A DNA stretch of 64,000 bases from Nitrospirota bacterium (GCA_963710375.1 CAVPZX010000002.1:800001-864000), one strand, 5' to 3'; shown: positions 1 to 10,904, numbered from the stretch's first letter. Numbers and translations: made by a program. Notes: generated from the letters alone by a model not told the origin.

Positions 1-316
1 TCTTGTTCTTGGCCAGGTGCCTGTCTATACAATTGTAGCTTGCATTGATCTTTCCTCCCACAAACCACTTCCAACATGGCGCGTCACTGGTATCAAGGGT
101 TGTATGCCAATACTCGTACCAGGTCAGCAGATCGGCATATTCCTTGAAACAATTGGGAAAGTTCTTCAGCGCAAACCGATCGTAAACTGCCGGATCCGTC
201 ACGTTCGCCTGAGCAATAAATTTTGCTGTGGGATAGAAAAACTGCTCTTCACCCCAATGCACCGCAATTTCAGCTTCAGATGTTTCAAGTACTTCTTTCT
301 TGTTTTTTTCAGCCAC
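1..316 (-). CDS. acs: Acetyl-CoA synthetase (acetate--CoA ligase), N-terminal part; runs off the window start
   Basis: Not in the ORF track. Hand translation from GTG at 316 (SD GGAGG upstream): MAEKNKKEVLETSEAEIAVHWGEEQFFYPTAKFIAQANVTD...WYEYWHTTLDTSDAPCWKWFVGGKINASYNCIDRHL, the ACAS_N / WF-GG-N-NC-DRH signature of Acs. Confidence 0.9.
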   Translation of the reverse strand, partial: MAEKNKKEVLETSEAEIAVHWGEEQFFYPTAKFIAQANVTDPAVYDRFALKNFPNCFKEYADLLTWYEYWHTTLDTSDAPCWKWFVGGKINASYNCIDRHLAKNK

Positions 317-375
317 GGCTTTTTCCTCCTTGAATCATTAGTTAGTTTATTAATGCGAGTTATGCTCGCGTTTTA

Positions 376-1692
376 TCATGCTGCTGCTTGCGATCTTGCG
401 GACCAACTCGGTCGCTGGGTAATTCTGCAAAGGACAACCGCAACGATCAGCACAGCTGCCGAAAGATAGAAGGCATAATCGAGACTGCCGGTAATGTCCT
501 TGATCGTTCCAGCCAGTCTGGCCATGAAGAAACCAAGTCCCCACCCCATAAATACCAGTCCGTAGTTGAAACCGAGGTTCTTTGCGCCGTAAAAATCCGC
601 CGTAAATGCAGGCAGGAGAGAAAGTCCGCCGCCGTACTGCCAGTAAGCTATGCCTACTGCCAGGAACAGTAAGAATACGTTCTTGGAAGCGATAATGGAA
701 GGCATTGCAAAGAGACACAAGGCAGAAACAATGCAGTTTAAAGTGTATGCATTAGCACGGCCTATTTTATCTGAATACAGCCCTGTGCCAACCCTGCCCA
801 GTGCATTGATAGCTCCTCCGAAAGAGACCAGTATCCAGGCATTTAACGCAAAGAAAGGTATCCCTTTTGCAGTTGTTGCCAATATCCCGGCTGCATTTGC
901 AATAATCATGAGGCCTGATTGAGTCGAACCGATGAACAGGACAACTAATGCATAGAACTGCCACGTCTTGGCCATTTCCCCAGCAGACCAGTCATGTGCC
1001 GACTGCTTCTTTGCTGTGGCTGCAGCTGATGCTGCAGTTACTCCTTTGGCAGCCGGCGGTACATATCCCGTTGGCGGCCATGCGAGGAGCTGTCCTGCAA
1101 CAACGACGACGATAGCAAACAAAATACCGAGGGCGATAAAACTCCCTGAAATACCATAGCTGTCGATCAGACTTTTTGCCAGTGGAGCAATATAAAGCGC
1201 TGCGCCGCCGTAACCGCCGACAACAAGTCCGGCAACCAGTCCGCGTTTATGTGGACCAAACCACTTTAGTGCAGCAGGTGTAGGAGCTGCATAGCCTATA
1301 CCCATGCCGATGCCGCCAAGAATACCGAAACCAATAATAAGTCCATTATAGCTCTTCATCAAACCGGCGAGTATGCATCCTGCCGCAAGGCATAGCCCCC
1401 CGAGTGTTGCTCCGACTTTGGGCCCGTATTTGTCCTGGATACGCCCGCCCAAAATCATAAATATTGCAAAAATAATGACGCACAAGGAAAATGGGGTTGC
1501 TGCCTCTGCATTGGTAAGGTAAGTCCAACCCTCATTGATCCCGGTCATAGGCTGGCCTGCCTGTTTTACATTGATCAGTGCCGCAGCCCATACACTCCAC
1601 GCATAAAGGATTCCGAGACACAGGTTTATTGCCGTTCCTGCGAAAGTGACTACCCATGCTTTGGCCGGCACTTTATTTTCTTCTGATGTCAT
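376..1692 (-). CDS. OFA-family (oxalate/formate antiporter-like) MFS transporter
   Basis: About 12 TM segments; GILYAWSV, GGRIQDKYGP, KWFGPHKRGL, DFYGAKNLGFNYG motifs; start moved to MTSEENK (ATG 1692) behind a GGAGGA SD. Confidence 0.85.
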   Translation of the reverse strand: MTSEENKVPAKAWVVTFAGTAINLCLGILYAWSVWAAALINVKQAGQPMTGINEGWTYLTNAEAATPFSLCVIIFAIFMILGGRIQDKYGPKVGATLGGLCLAAGCILAGLMKSYNGLIIGFGILGGIGMGIGYAAPTPAALKWFGPHKRGLVAGLVVGGYGGAALYIAPLAKSLIDSYGISGSFIALGILFAIVVVVAGQLLAWPPTGYVPPAAKGVTAASAAATAKKQSAHDWSAGEMAKTWQFYALVVLFIGSTQSGLMIIANAAGILATTAKGIPFFALNAWILVSFGGAINALGRVGTGLYSDKIGRANAYTLNCIVSALCLFAMPSIIASKNVFLLFLAVGIAYWQYGGGLSLLPAFTADFYGAKNLGFNYGLVFMGWGLGFFMARLAGTIKDITGSLDYAFYLSAAVLIVAVVLCRITQRPSWSARSQAAA

Positions 1693-1908
1693 TTTCTCCT
1701 CCTTACAGGATATAAATTTGTGCAACATCCTCAACCGCATTTCCAAAAAATTGCCTGACTGTTTTGCCAAAAAAGAAATTCCTGCCGATCACCCCCTTTA
1801 ACGGGCATAGAATCACGGAGCGGAATTTCCCCACCGGTATGTTTTCGTTCATCCCGGCTGCCGCATCTCTTTGATCCATGCAAGATTTCCGTACATGCTG
1901 TATGCTCT

Positions 1909-3810
1909 TTACCACATGAATGCCTTATACCGCTCAATAGTTGAGTCCTGAAGCCTTGCGATTAAGTGGAAGGCGTCCTTAACGGTTTTCTTCTCAAGGT
2001 TACTGAGCTTATTGGGATTAATAAAATTATCAATAGGCTTGCCTTCCTGCAGTAACTCCGCCTGATGGTGGACCCTGAGCAGTGTAATGAACTCGAAGGC
2101 ATGCTCGATCTCATCCGCATATTCTTTCACTATAGTGTGCTTATCTCTCAACGCTCCGATCCGTTCGAGTGTCGAGGTCTCTTTCACCCCCCGCTCAAGC
2201 GCAAAAAGCCTGACAATGTCCACAAGCGGCGCTAAGCCCTTTATCTTAATATTCAGTTCGTCTTTATGCTCTCCGCTCTTTTCAACAACAAAAGACTTCA
2301 GAAATCCCAGGGGAGGCCTGTTCTTCACCACTGTGTTCGCGAGATGTCCGAGATACACTTTCTGCCCCTCGATAATCTCTGTCAGATAAGAACGCAATTC
2401 ATCCGCAAGGGAAAAATCACCATAGAGAGGTCTGAAATCAAAAAATATAAGCGACTTCAATACTGCATCAGATGTCGGCGTTGATATCCAGTCCGAGAAG
2501 TATGTCTTCCACACTCTCAGGGGCTGGCGCCACTGGGAGTTGCTCGCCATGTACTGAGCCGGACAACTGGTAAAGCCGCATCTTTCGAGGCTTTCATTAA
2601 CAAAAGCGGTAAACCCGGAGAAATAATGGGAGACTGCGGCCTCCTGGTCCGCTGTGGCCGTATCCGCATGTATAAGAGCATTGTCCTGATCGGTCCTGAA
2701 TATCTGTTCCCTGCGGCCTTCGCTTCCCAACACTATCCAGCAATAGGGTACAGGCGCGGGACCGTATTTCCTCTCCGCAATCTTAAGCACTTTTTTAACC
2801 AGGCGGTCATTGAGTTCAGAGACAATCTTCATGATATTGCCTGCCTTAGTACCTTCTTTGAGTAGAAACCCAACAAGGTGGTTGATCTTTTTGGAGACAG
2901 ACTGCAGACCTTCGACGGTCTGCCTGCTCTCTATATCTTTTGCGAGCGAAAGCGGCGATTTCCCCTGAAGCAGCAAGAGATCATGATTGGTAACAACGCT
3001 CCTGAGTGCGCCGTCTTTTATAACGAGCAGGTGGTGGACATTGTATTTCAACATCTTGAGCACTGCCTCAAAGCAATAATCCTTTGCATCAACCCTTATG
3101 AGGGGCAGATTCATAATATTCTTCACTGTCTCACGGGGATTCCGTCCTCTTGCAACGACTTTCTCCCGCAGGTCCCTGTCTGTTACAAGACCCACCGGAA
3201 GATTGTTGCCGTCCACAACCACAACCGAACTGATCCTATGCTGAGACATTCCCTGGGCAGCCTCCTGTATGGTTGCTCCATCGCTGACAGTAATGGCCTC
3301 TTTATTGGCGATTTCCCCCACATGTGTTGTCAGCAGGATATGGTCACTGCTACCATAAAAAAAACTCCTGTTGCGCATTTCACTGCTGGTCTTGTCCACG
3401 TATTTCGTAAAGTGGGTCTGTAAAAAATATTCTCTGAACACTGGTTGGGAATCGATGAGTGAAAAAACTTTTTCCTTATCGAGCAGATAACATACTGTAT
3501 CATCAGTAGCTACTATCGTTGTCTTTTGCTTCTCCTTTCCCATAAGAGAGACAAGACCGAAGCTCTCACCTTCCCCCCGGTAATCTATGACAATATCCTC
3601 GCCATCGTTTGATCTCAAAGAGATTTTAACTCCGCCTTTTTTTATGATCCTGAGGGAATCACTTGCAGGGCCGTCCTGTCTTAAAATAACTCTGTCCTGT
3701 GGATAAAATTCCATTGATATTCCGCCTGCAACATCCCTTATTACAGACTCATCCAAAAACTGAAAGGGCGGAGTTTTCTTTAAAAAAATGACTACATCCT
3801 CAAAAAGCAT
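1909..3810 (-). CDS. cNMP-binding / CBS / DUF294 nucleotidyltransferase-like signalling protein
   Basis: N-terminal cNMP domain, CBS pair (LVTDRDLR), GSEGRREQ...TDQDNAL NTase motif, DUF294_C; typical neighbour of acetate uptake genes. Confidence 0.9.
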   Translation of the reverse strand: MLFEDVVIFLKKTPPFQFLDESVIRDVAGGISMEFYPQDRVILRQDGPASDSLRIIKKGGVKISLRSNDGEDIVIDYRGEGESFGLVSLMGKEKQKTTIVATDDTVCYLLDKEKVFSLIDSQPVFREYFLQTHFTKYVDKTSSEMRNRSFFYGSSDHILLTTHVGEIANKEAITVSDGATIQEAAQGMSQHRISSVVVVDGNNLPVGLVTDRDLREKVVARGRNPRETVKNIMNLPLIRVDAKDYCFEAVLKMLKYNVHHLLVIKDGALRSVVTNHDLLLLQGKSPLSLAKDIESRQTVEGLQSVSKKINHLVGFLLKEGTKAGNIMKIVSELNDRLVKKVLKIAERKYGPAPVPYCWIVLGSEGRREQIFRTDQDNALIHADTATADQEAAVSHYFSGFTAFVNESLERCGFTSCPAQYMASNSQWRQPLRVWKTYFSDWISTPTSDAVLKSLIFFDFRPLYGDFSLADELRSYLTEIIEGQKVYLGHLANTVVKNRPPLGFLKSFVVEKSGEHKDELNIKIKGLAPLVDIVRLFALERGVKETSTLERIGALRDKHTIVKEYADEIEHAFEFITLLRVHHQAELLQEGKPIDNFINPNKLSNLEKKTVKDAFHLIARLQDSTIERYKAFMW

Positions 3811-3822
3811 ATCCTAATAAAG

Positions 3823-3838
3823 AGCAATTAAGGTGCCA
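3823..3838 (-). promoter_or_regulatory. sigma54 (-24/-12) promoter of the DUF294-MFS-acs genes
   Basis: Minus strand TGGCACCTTAATTGCT matches TGGCAC-N5-TTGCW; IHF-like AATCAAAGAGTTT at 3868-3880; repeated GTAAC/GTTAC units at 3915-3986. Confidence 0.85.
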
Positions 3839-4019
3839 ATGCCTGGAATTAATAAAACCATCTTTTAAATCAAAGAGTTTTTAGAAATTCAGGTCTTTTT
3901 TAGAGTAGAGACCTTGTAACTTAAAGTAATGTATTAGCAGTAATGCTACAAAAGGTAACAAACAAGCGGGGTTTCAAAAAAGTTACTGAATTGGCGGCTT
4001 CACTGGCAGGACTTTAATA

Positions 4020-5366
4020 TCAGAATCTGTTAATCCCCCATCGTTTTCTCTTTTCCCATAAAGACTTTCTTGTGATGCCGAGCATATCTGCCAGTTGCTG
4101 TTCCGTACATTCATGCTGGTATCTTTGAATGACTGTCTTTGCATATTCTTCAATAGAAAGCCTCTCCTCCAGCACCTCCTGCATAAAAGGCCTCTTTGTT
4201 TTCACGTTGTCGGGCAGGTGTTCGGCACTTATAATGCCGTCATCAGCTATGAGAATGGCGCGTTCTATTATGTTCTGCAATTCTCTGATATTCCCCGGCC
4301 AGTTGTACTCAATGAGAAGTTGCAGCGTATCAGCTCCTATTTGCTTTAACGGCTTGCCCAAATCTCCGGAATATTTCTGGAAGAAATGTTTGACGAGAGG
4401 AGCTATATCCTCTCTTCTTTCTCTTAGGGGCGGCAACTTGATTGATATGACATTAATCCTGTAAAAGAGGTCCTCCCGGAACGCCCCCTCCTTTACAGCA
4501 GCATCAAGGTCCCTGTTCGTTGCACAAATAAAGCGGAGATCGATTTTGACGCTCTGTATTCCGCCGACCGGACGTACCTGATAATCCTCCAGAACTCTGA
4601 GCAGTTTTGACTGCAGCCCCATGCTCAAATTACCTATTTCATCGAGGAACACCGTGCCTCCATTGGCTTCTTCGAGTATCCCTTTTTTAAAGCTTGTTGC
4701 TCCGGTAAATGCCCCTTTGACATGACCGAAGAGTTCCGATTCCAGAAGGTTCTCAGGGATAGCGCTGCAGTTTATTGGAACAAATGGCTTGTCCGCTCTC
4801 TTACTGTTGAAGTGAATTGCCCGGGCAATCAATTCTTTGCCGGTGCCGGTTTCTCCGAGGAGGAGCACGTTGCTCTTCGCATCCGCAAACTTCTTTACCT
4901 CGTTGATGATTTTCTTTATTGCGGCGCTTTCCCCGATTATTCTGCTGAAATCATACTCTCTTTCCAGCTGTTTTCTAAGAAGAATATTCTCGCTTTTGAG
5001 TGCCTTCTGACTCAAGGCGTTTTTTACAATCTGCTTTATCTCCTCATGTATAATCGGCTTTACCACATAGTCATAGGTGCCGGCCCTGAGGGCCTCTATT
5101 GCAGTTTCGAGCGAGGCGTACGCAGTCATGATAACAACTAGTTGGTCGGGTATTCTTTCTTTTATAAGCTTCAGGAGCTCTATGCCGTTCATGCCGGGCA
5201 GAATAATATCGCTGATAATCAGACTGTAATATCCGTCCCCGAGTACGCCAAGGGCGGCCTCAGCACTTCCTGCCACATCAACTTCGTATCGCTCTCTTAA
5301 AAAAACCCTCTTAAGGGACTCACACAGAGTATCTTCATCCTCAACAATAAGTAATCTCTCAGCCAT
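4020..5366 (-). CDS. sigma54-dependent response regulator (NtrC/CbrB-like)
   Basis: Receiver domain, GETGTGKE Walker A, GAFTGA, Fis-type HTH; start at MAERLL overlaps the kinase stop. Confidence 0.92.
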   Translation of the reverse strand: MAERLLIVEDEDTLCESLKRVFLRERYEVDVAGSAEAALGVLGDGYYSLIISDIILPGMNGIELLKLIKERIPDQLVVIMTAYASLETAIEALRAGTYDYVVKPIIHEEIKQIVKNALSQKALKSENILLRKQLEREYDFSRIIGESAAIKKIINEVKKFADAKSNVLLLGETGTGKELIARAIHFNSKRADKPFVPINCSAIPENLLESELFGHVKGAFTGATSFKKGILEEANGGTVFLDEIGNLSMGLQSKLLRVLEDYQVRPVGGIQSVKIDLRFICATNRDLDAAVKEGAFREDLFYRINVISIKLPPLRERREDIAPLVKHFFQKYSGDLGKPLKQIGADTLQLLIEYNWPGNIRELQNIIERAILIADDGIISAEHLPDNVKTKRPFMQEVLEERLSIEEYAKTVIQRYQHECTEQQLADMLGITRKSLWEKRKRWGINRF

Positions 5367-8316
5367 TACTTTCCAGTGGAAGCCGTATCGTAAACGACGT
5401 TCCCTCTCCCTTTTTGCTTGAGAAATCAATAGTCCCTTTATGCTCCCTGATTATACCATAACAAATACTTAGACCCAGGCCGGTACCCTTGCCCAGCGGC
5501 TTCGTAGTAAAAAAAGGGTCAAATATTTTGTCCATTGCGTTTTCTTCAATACCCGGTCCAGTATCGGTAAAAACAATTGTTAAAAAAGCTCCGTCCTGCC
5601 TGGCAGTGATGACGAGGCTGCCTCCCTGCGGCATTGCATCAACCGCATTAATTATGAGATTAAGAAATACCTGTTGTATCTGGTCCGGATTAGCGAGTAT
5701 GCGCGGGACCTTCGATATATTTATAGTCAGCTTTATGTCCCTGAACCTCTTGTCGTATTTCACCAAGTTGAGAGTCCGTTCGAGAATATCGGGGATAGCG
5801 CATGCTGTTTTTTTCGTAGATGATATCCGTGCAAAATCTCCGAGGCTTCTCACTATGTTTGCGATTCTCTCAATATGGTTATTTATCGTTTTCAGCGATT
5901 CACCTCTAAACTCCTTTTCCTCAGGCGCGTCCATGTCCGGCGCGCTCAGCTCCTGCACGAGCGAAGAGATTGATGCGAGCGGATTGCCTATCTCATGGGA
6001 TATACCTGCAGTCAATTTTCCGATGCTGGCGAGCTTTGATGCCTGCTGCAGTTGCTCCTCCATCATTTGTTTCTCAGTGATATCCTCAAGAATGACCACA
6101 TAGCCTCCAGAAGGGTCCTTGAAGGGACTCATGTTTATCTTGAAGGTCAACTTTTCGCTGGTCTCGGCGAGCTCTTCATTTCCGTCATTCTTCAGCAGAG
6201 CATTTACCGGCAGCCAGGGCAGAAGGACCGCTATTGATTTGTTGAATGCCTCGGCCCTGGTTATGCCTGTAATCGCTGCCATCGACCTGTTCCAGTAATT
6301 CACTCTCAGAAGCACATCAACGGTAGCAATGCCGATTGGCAGACTTTCAATAATGTTTTCGCTGAATTCCTTGAGATAGGACAGCTCTTTATTGGCATCA
6401 GCCAATTCTTTGCGGGACAGCCTCAGGGTTTCAGTAATGCTTTTGATCGATTCTGAAAGCACTCCGCGTTCGTCTTCAGTCAGCGCCAGCTTATCTTCAA
6501 AAATAATTGCTGCCATGGAAGAACCGATTGCTCCCGCTAGAACTGTTTCAGCATCGTTCCTCAGTTCATAAATATCATGTGGGGTGAGTTCTCCGCGCTT
6601 TTTGTTCTTCTTCCGTAAAAAATTGGCGACAGCATTGCCCGCATCACTCCTGCCAAGGCACTGCGAAAGGACTTCCTCTATATCGTTAATGGTATATGAG
6701 CCCCCTCTCGCAATGTCTCTAGACTTTTCATAGGATTCAACAAAGATGAGGGACTGCAGTTCCTCCTCTTTCGTCTGGCGTGTAAACACCGATACCCCCA
6801 AATAAAACACCACGTTGGCAAGCATGCCCCAGAAGAGCGAATTGCCCCACTTGCCTAGGCCGCTGATACCGAACATGCTGTCGGGATTCAGCATCGTGGA
6901 ACCTGTCATTGCCGCAACAAGCCCGATATTTTTTACAATGCCCACTTCTATCAACGCAGGCATTATAAGGGTATAAAACCAGATGCTGAAGCCGGCTGCA
7001 AGCCCTGCTATAGCTCCTGCCTTGGTACCCCGCTTCCAGTAAAGGCCCAAAAAAAAGGCAGGGGCAAAAAGCGCCACTGCTTCAAATGATCGCAGCCCCA
7101 TATCCACAAGGCTGTAAAGCCCGCCCACAGAAGTAGTGTACCAATACCCTATGCAGATAATGGACATGATTACCAGTCGCTTAATATTCAGTATCACCGT
7201 AGGAAACCGGGGCGCGTCATGAAAATTAATAAACGCAGGCATAATGATGCTGTGCATAACCATAGTGCTTAATGCCAGAGTTTCGACAATAATCATGCTT
7301 GAGGCTGCGGAAAAACCTCCTATAAAAGCAAAAAGGGACAAGTACTTGGCGCCGTGTGTCAAAGGAAGGGTAAGCACAAAATAATCGGCCCCCTTTGCAT
7401 TGCCGGCTGTCAGTATGCCGCCTAAGGCTATAGGCAGCACAAAGACGTTTATCAACAGCAGATACAACGGGAAAAGCCATGCCGCCTTCCTTATATGATC
7501 TTCGTTGTAATTCTCCACCACTGCCATCTGAAATTGCCGTGGCAAAAACATTACGGCCATCATCGAAAGGAAAATAAGGGAAGACCATTCAAAATATCCG
7601 GTACCTGTACCCGGACCAAGAAGGAGAAGGGCTTTATAAGAGGACCCCTGAATCCTGTTTAATATGTCATCGGGTCCTTTAAAAAGGCTGAATGTGACAA
7701 AAATCCCTACAAAGATAAACGCAGCGAGTTTTACTATGGACTCAAATGCTATGGCGAAAACAAGGCCTACATGCCTTTCAGATGAATCAAGCCGTCGTGC
7801 CCCGAAAATAATGGCAAATACACCCAGAATAAAGGTGATGACCAACCCTGCTGCAACACTGCTGCCTGTATCTCCGGATATGATAGCGAAAGTGCCGAAG
7901 ATTGCCTTCATTTGCAGCCCGAGATATGGCGTAATACCAGCCACTGCAACAATAGTAACAAGGGCTGACAGAGCCAGCGATTTTCCGTAGCGCGCACCTA
8001 TGAAGTCCGATATAGTGGTAATCCTGTTGGCCTTTGCGGTCCTCACCACTTTCCTGAGCACGATCATCCATATGGACGCCATGAGGGTGGGACCCAAATA
8101 GGTGGTAAGGAATGAAAGCCCTGATGTGGCGGCCTTGCCTACACTGCCGTAAAATGTCCAGGAGGTGCAATAGACAGCAAGTGAAAGGGAATAAATATAA
8201 GGGTTATTTACAATGCTTTTCCCGGACTTCTCTTTCCGCTCCGCATAATAGGCAACAGCGAAGAGGAGCATGAGATAACATACTACAATAAGAAACAGGT
8301 TATAGGGAATAAACAC
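5359..8316 (-). CDS. Na+/solute symporter (SLC5)-PAS-histidine kinase (CbrA/CrbS-like)
   Basis: N-terminal SSS domain (SLAVYCTSWTFYGSVG, FLPRQFQ), PAS, H-box SHEIGNPL, HATPase (FFTTK, GTGLGL). Confidence 0.9.
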   Translation of the reverse strand: MFIPYNLFLIVVCYLMLLFAVAYYAERKEKSGKSIVNNPYIYSLSLAVYCTSWTFYGSVGKAATSGLSFLTTYLGPTLMASIWMIVLRKVVRTAKANRITTISDFIGARYGKSLALSALVTIVAVAGITPYLGLQMKAIFGTFAIISGDTGSSVAAGLVITFILGVFAIIFGARRLDSSERHVGLVFAIAFESIVKLAAFIFVGIFVTFSLFKGPDDILNRIQGSSYKALLLLGPGTGTGYFEWSSLIFLSMMAVMFLPRQFQMAVVENYNEDHIRKAAWLFPLYLLLINVFVLPIALGGILTAGNAKGADYFVLTLPLTHGAKYLSLFAFIGGFSAASSMIIVETLALSTMVMHSIIMPAFINFHDAPRFPTVILNIKRLVIMSIICIGYWYTTSVGGLYSLVDMGLRSFEAVALFAPAFFLGLYWKRGTKAGAIAGLAAGFSIWFYTLIMPALIEVGIVKNIGLVAAMTGSTMLNPDSMFGISGLGKWGNSLFWGMLANVVFYLGVSVFTRQTKEEELQSLIFVESYEKSRDIARGGSYTINDIEEVLSQCLGRSDAGNAVANFLRKKNKKRGELTPHDIYELRNDAETVLAGAIGSSMAAIIFEDKLALTEDERGVLSESIKSITETLRLSRKELADANKELSYLKEFSENIIESLPIGIATVDVLLRVNYWNRSMAAITGITRAEAFNKSIAVLLPWLPVNALLKNDGNEELAETSEKLTFKINMSPFKDPSGGYVVILEDITEKQMMEEQLQQASKLASIGKLTAGISHEIGNPLASISSLVQELSAPDMDAPEEKEFRGESLKTINNHIERIANIVRSLGDFARISSTKKTACAIPDILERTLNLVKYDKRFRDIKLTINISKVPRILANPDQIQQVFLNLIINAVDAMPQGGSLVITARQDGAFLTIVFTDTGPGIEENAMDKIFDPFFTTKPLGKGTGLGLSICYGIIREHKGTIDFSSKKGEGTSFTIRLPLESNG

Positions 8317-8333
8317 AGTGCGGCTGCGTCACC

Positions 8334-8495
8334 TCAGAAGGCGCGGAAGCCTGTAACAGCCCCCAGGATAATAAAGACAAGCCAGAAGAGAAACAGGTAG
8401 GCTGCCACTCCTCTGCTAAAAATCTCGATAAACGGCCAGTTAAAGCCCAAAATGCCGACTATAAAAAGCATTATCCACAGCTCGGCCTTTTTCAA
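8334..8495 (-). CDS. 53-aa two-TM membrane peptide upstream of the SSS kinase (CbrX-like position)
   Basis: Hand translation [53 protein letters not shown]; its TTG overlaps the gyrA TGA; stop lies 17 bp before the kinase start. Confidence 0.65.
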   Translation of the reverse strand: MKKAELWIMLFIVGILGFNWPFIEIFSRGVAAYLFLFWLVFIILGAVTGFRAF

Positions 8496-10904
8496 TCTTC
8501 GGCTACCCTTCCAATACTTACGATCCGGTCTTCAGCCTCCAGGTCCATAAGTTTAACTCCCTGAGTATTTCTTCCAAGCACCGAAATATTTCCCGCAACA
8601 GTCCTTATTAATTTTCCGGCGTTAGTGATAAGGACCACCTCATCCTCATTTTTTACCTGGAGGAGACCGACCGCATTGCCGCCTCTCTCCACTACCTTAA
8701 TTGAAATAACTCCTTTCCCGCCGCGGCCATGAACAGGATATTCCCCTATTTCGGTCCTCTTGCCAAGGCCTTTTTCCGTTACCGTTAAAAGGGTCATTCT
8801 TTCCTCGACAACATTGGCGGAAACAACTTCGTCGTCCTTACCCAGCCGGATGCCTATAACACCTCTGGCAGTCCGCCCGACTGACCTGACATCATCTTCC
8901 TCAAATCTGGCGGCAAGCCCGCGCTTAGTGCCGATAATAATGTCATTATTCCCAGAGGTCTTTTTAACGGCAATCAGACTCGTCGCCTTCGTCCAATGTC
9001 ACAGCTATTATACCTTTTGCCCTTGGGTTGCTGTATTCGCTGAGCTTTGTCTTTTTCACAATGCCGGCTTTGGTGAACATAACCAGATACCCATCGCTAA
9101 AATCTTTGACATTCAGAGCGGTCGTAATCCGTTCTCCATCTGAAAGAGAGAGGACGTTTACAAGCGCCTTACCCTTTGCCGCCCTACCAGCCTCTGGTAT
9201 CTGGTATATCTTAAGCCAATAGAGCCTGCCATTGTTGCTGAAAAACAGCATGTAGTCGTGAGTAGACCCTATAAAGAGCTGTTCAACAAAATCCTCTTCC
9301 CTGGTCTCCATCCCTGTCAGCCCCTTGCCTCCCCGGCGCTGGCTTCTGTATATCGACAGAGGATTCCGTTTGATGTACCCATTATGGGACACTGTTATAA
9401 CCATCTCCTCTTCTGTGATGAGGTCTTCTATGGTCAGATCAGCCGTCTCAGGGACAATATCTGTTCTTCTCTCGTCAGCGTATTTGTTTTTGACCTCGAC
9501 AAGCTCGTCTTTAACGATTTTCCATACGAGGGCTTCACTCCCGAGGATTGCCTTCAACCTCTCAATCTCTTTCAGCGTGTCTTCGTAATCCTTTATGATC
9601 TTATCACGCTCCAGCCCGGTCAGGCGCTGCAGGCGCATTTCCAGTATCGCCTGGGCCTGGATCTGGGACAGCGGGTATTTAGTCATTAGTCCTGTTCTGG
9701 CATCATCAGGGGTCTTTGACCGTCTGATAAGAGTGATGATTTCATCGAGGTGGTCCAGCGCTATCTTGAGACCTTCGAGGATATGTGCTTTTTCTTCAGC
9801 CTTCCTCAATTCGAAGCGCGTCCTGAAGAGTATTACATTCCTGCGGTGCTGAAGAAAATTGTCCAGCATATCCTTAAGCGTCAGGACAAGGGGCTTCCCT
9901 GCCACAATCGCAAGCATAATGACGCCGAACGTGGATTCCATTGCCGTGTGCTTGTAGAGATTATTGAGGATTACCTGAGCCATCTCTCCGCGCTTTATTT
10001 CCATAACTATCCTTATCCCGTCCCTGTCGGACTCGTCCCTGATATCAGAGATGCCCTCAATGCGCTTCTCGCGGACCAGCTCAGCGATCTTTTCAATAAG
10101 ACGCGCCTTGTTGACCTGGTATGGAAGTTCGCTGACAATTATGCTTTCGTTGCCGCGGGCTTCGCGTTCTACCAATACCTTTGCGCGAACTTTGATCAAA
10201 CCCCTGCCCGTGGTATAGGCACTGACAATGCCCCGGGTCCCGTGAATAATCGCGCCGGTAGGAAAATCAGGACCTTTTACGGCTGCCATCAACTCATTCA
10301 CCGTGACCTGGGGGTTCTCAAGCAGCATAATCAAGCCGTCCACAACCTCCCCGAGATTATGGGGCGGTATATTGGTAGCCATACCGACGGCGATACCAGC
10401 AGAGCCGTTGACAAGGAGATTGGGGACCCTTGTCGGAAGCACTACAGGCTCTTCAGTCGTTTCATCGAAATTAGGGGTAAAAGCAACTGTTTCCTTATCT
10501 ATATCGGCAAGGAGTTCTTCTGAAATCTTTGCCAGCCGCGCTTCGGTATACCGGTATGCAGCAGCAGGGTCGCCGTCAATAGAGCCGAAATTGCCCTGTC
10601 CGTCCACAAGTACGTACCTCATATTAAAATCCTGTGCCAGACGCACCAGAGCGTCATAGACCGCAGAGTCGCCATGGGGGTGGTATTTTTTCAAAACTTC
10701 GCCTACAACACCCGCGCATTTTGAGTATTTCTTATTGGGGAGAAGCCCTTCCCTGAACATGGCATAGAGTATTCTCCTCTGTACCGGCTTCAGGCCGTCC
10801 CGTACTTCAGGCAACGCCCTGCCGATGATTACGCTCATGGCGTAATCAAGATAGCTGACTTTCATCTCTTCTTCTATGCTGATCGACACCTTAGGCTGCA
10901 ACAT
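8492..10904 (-). CDS. gyrA: DNA gyrase subunit A, split by one extra base at about 8978 (probable sequencing error)
   Basis: [17 protein letters not shown], GyrA-box QRRGGKG; removing one base joins [19 protein letters not shown]...GRTARGV...GRGGKGV...GRNTQGV beta-pinwheel repeats. Confidence 0.95.

Noticed and set aside
17..469. 150-aa plus-strand ORF and the many other antisense ORFs in the track
   Set aside because: Shadows of well-supported genes on the opposite strand (here acs and the MFS)
8964..8990. gyrA as a true pseudogene, split gene or programmed frameshift
   Set aside because: Essential gene, no slippery sequence, and the same CAGACTC context as other breaks; a sequencing error is more parsimonious
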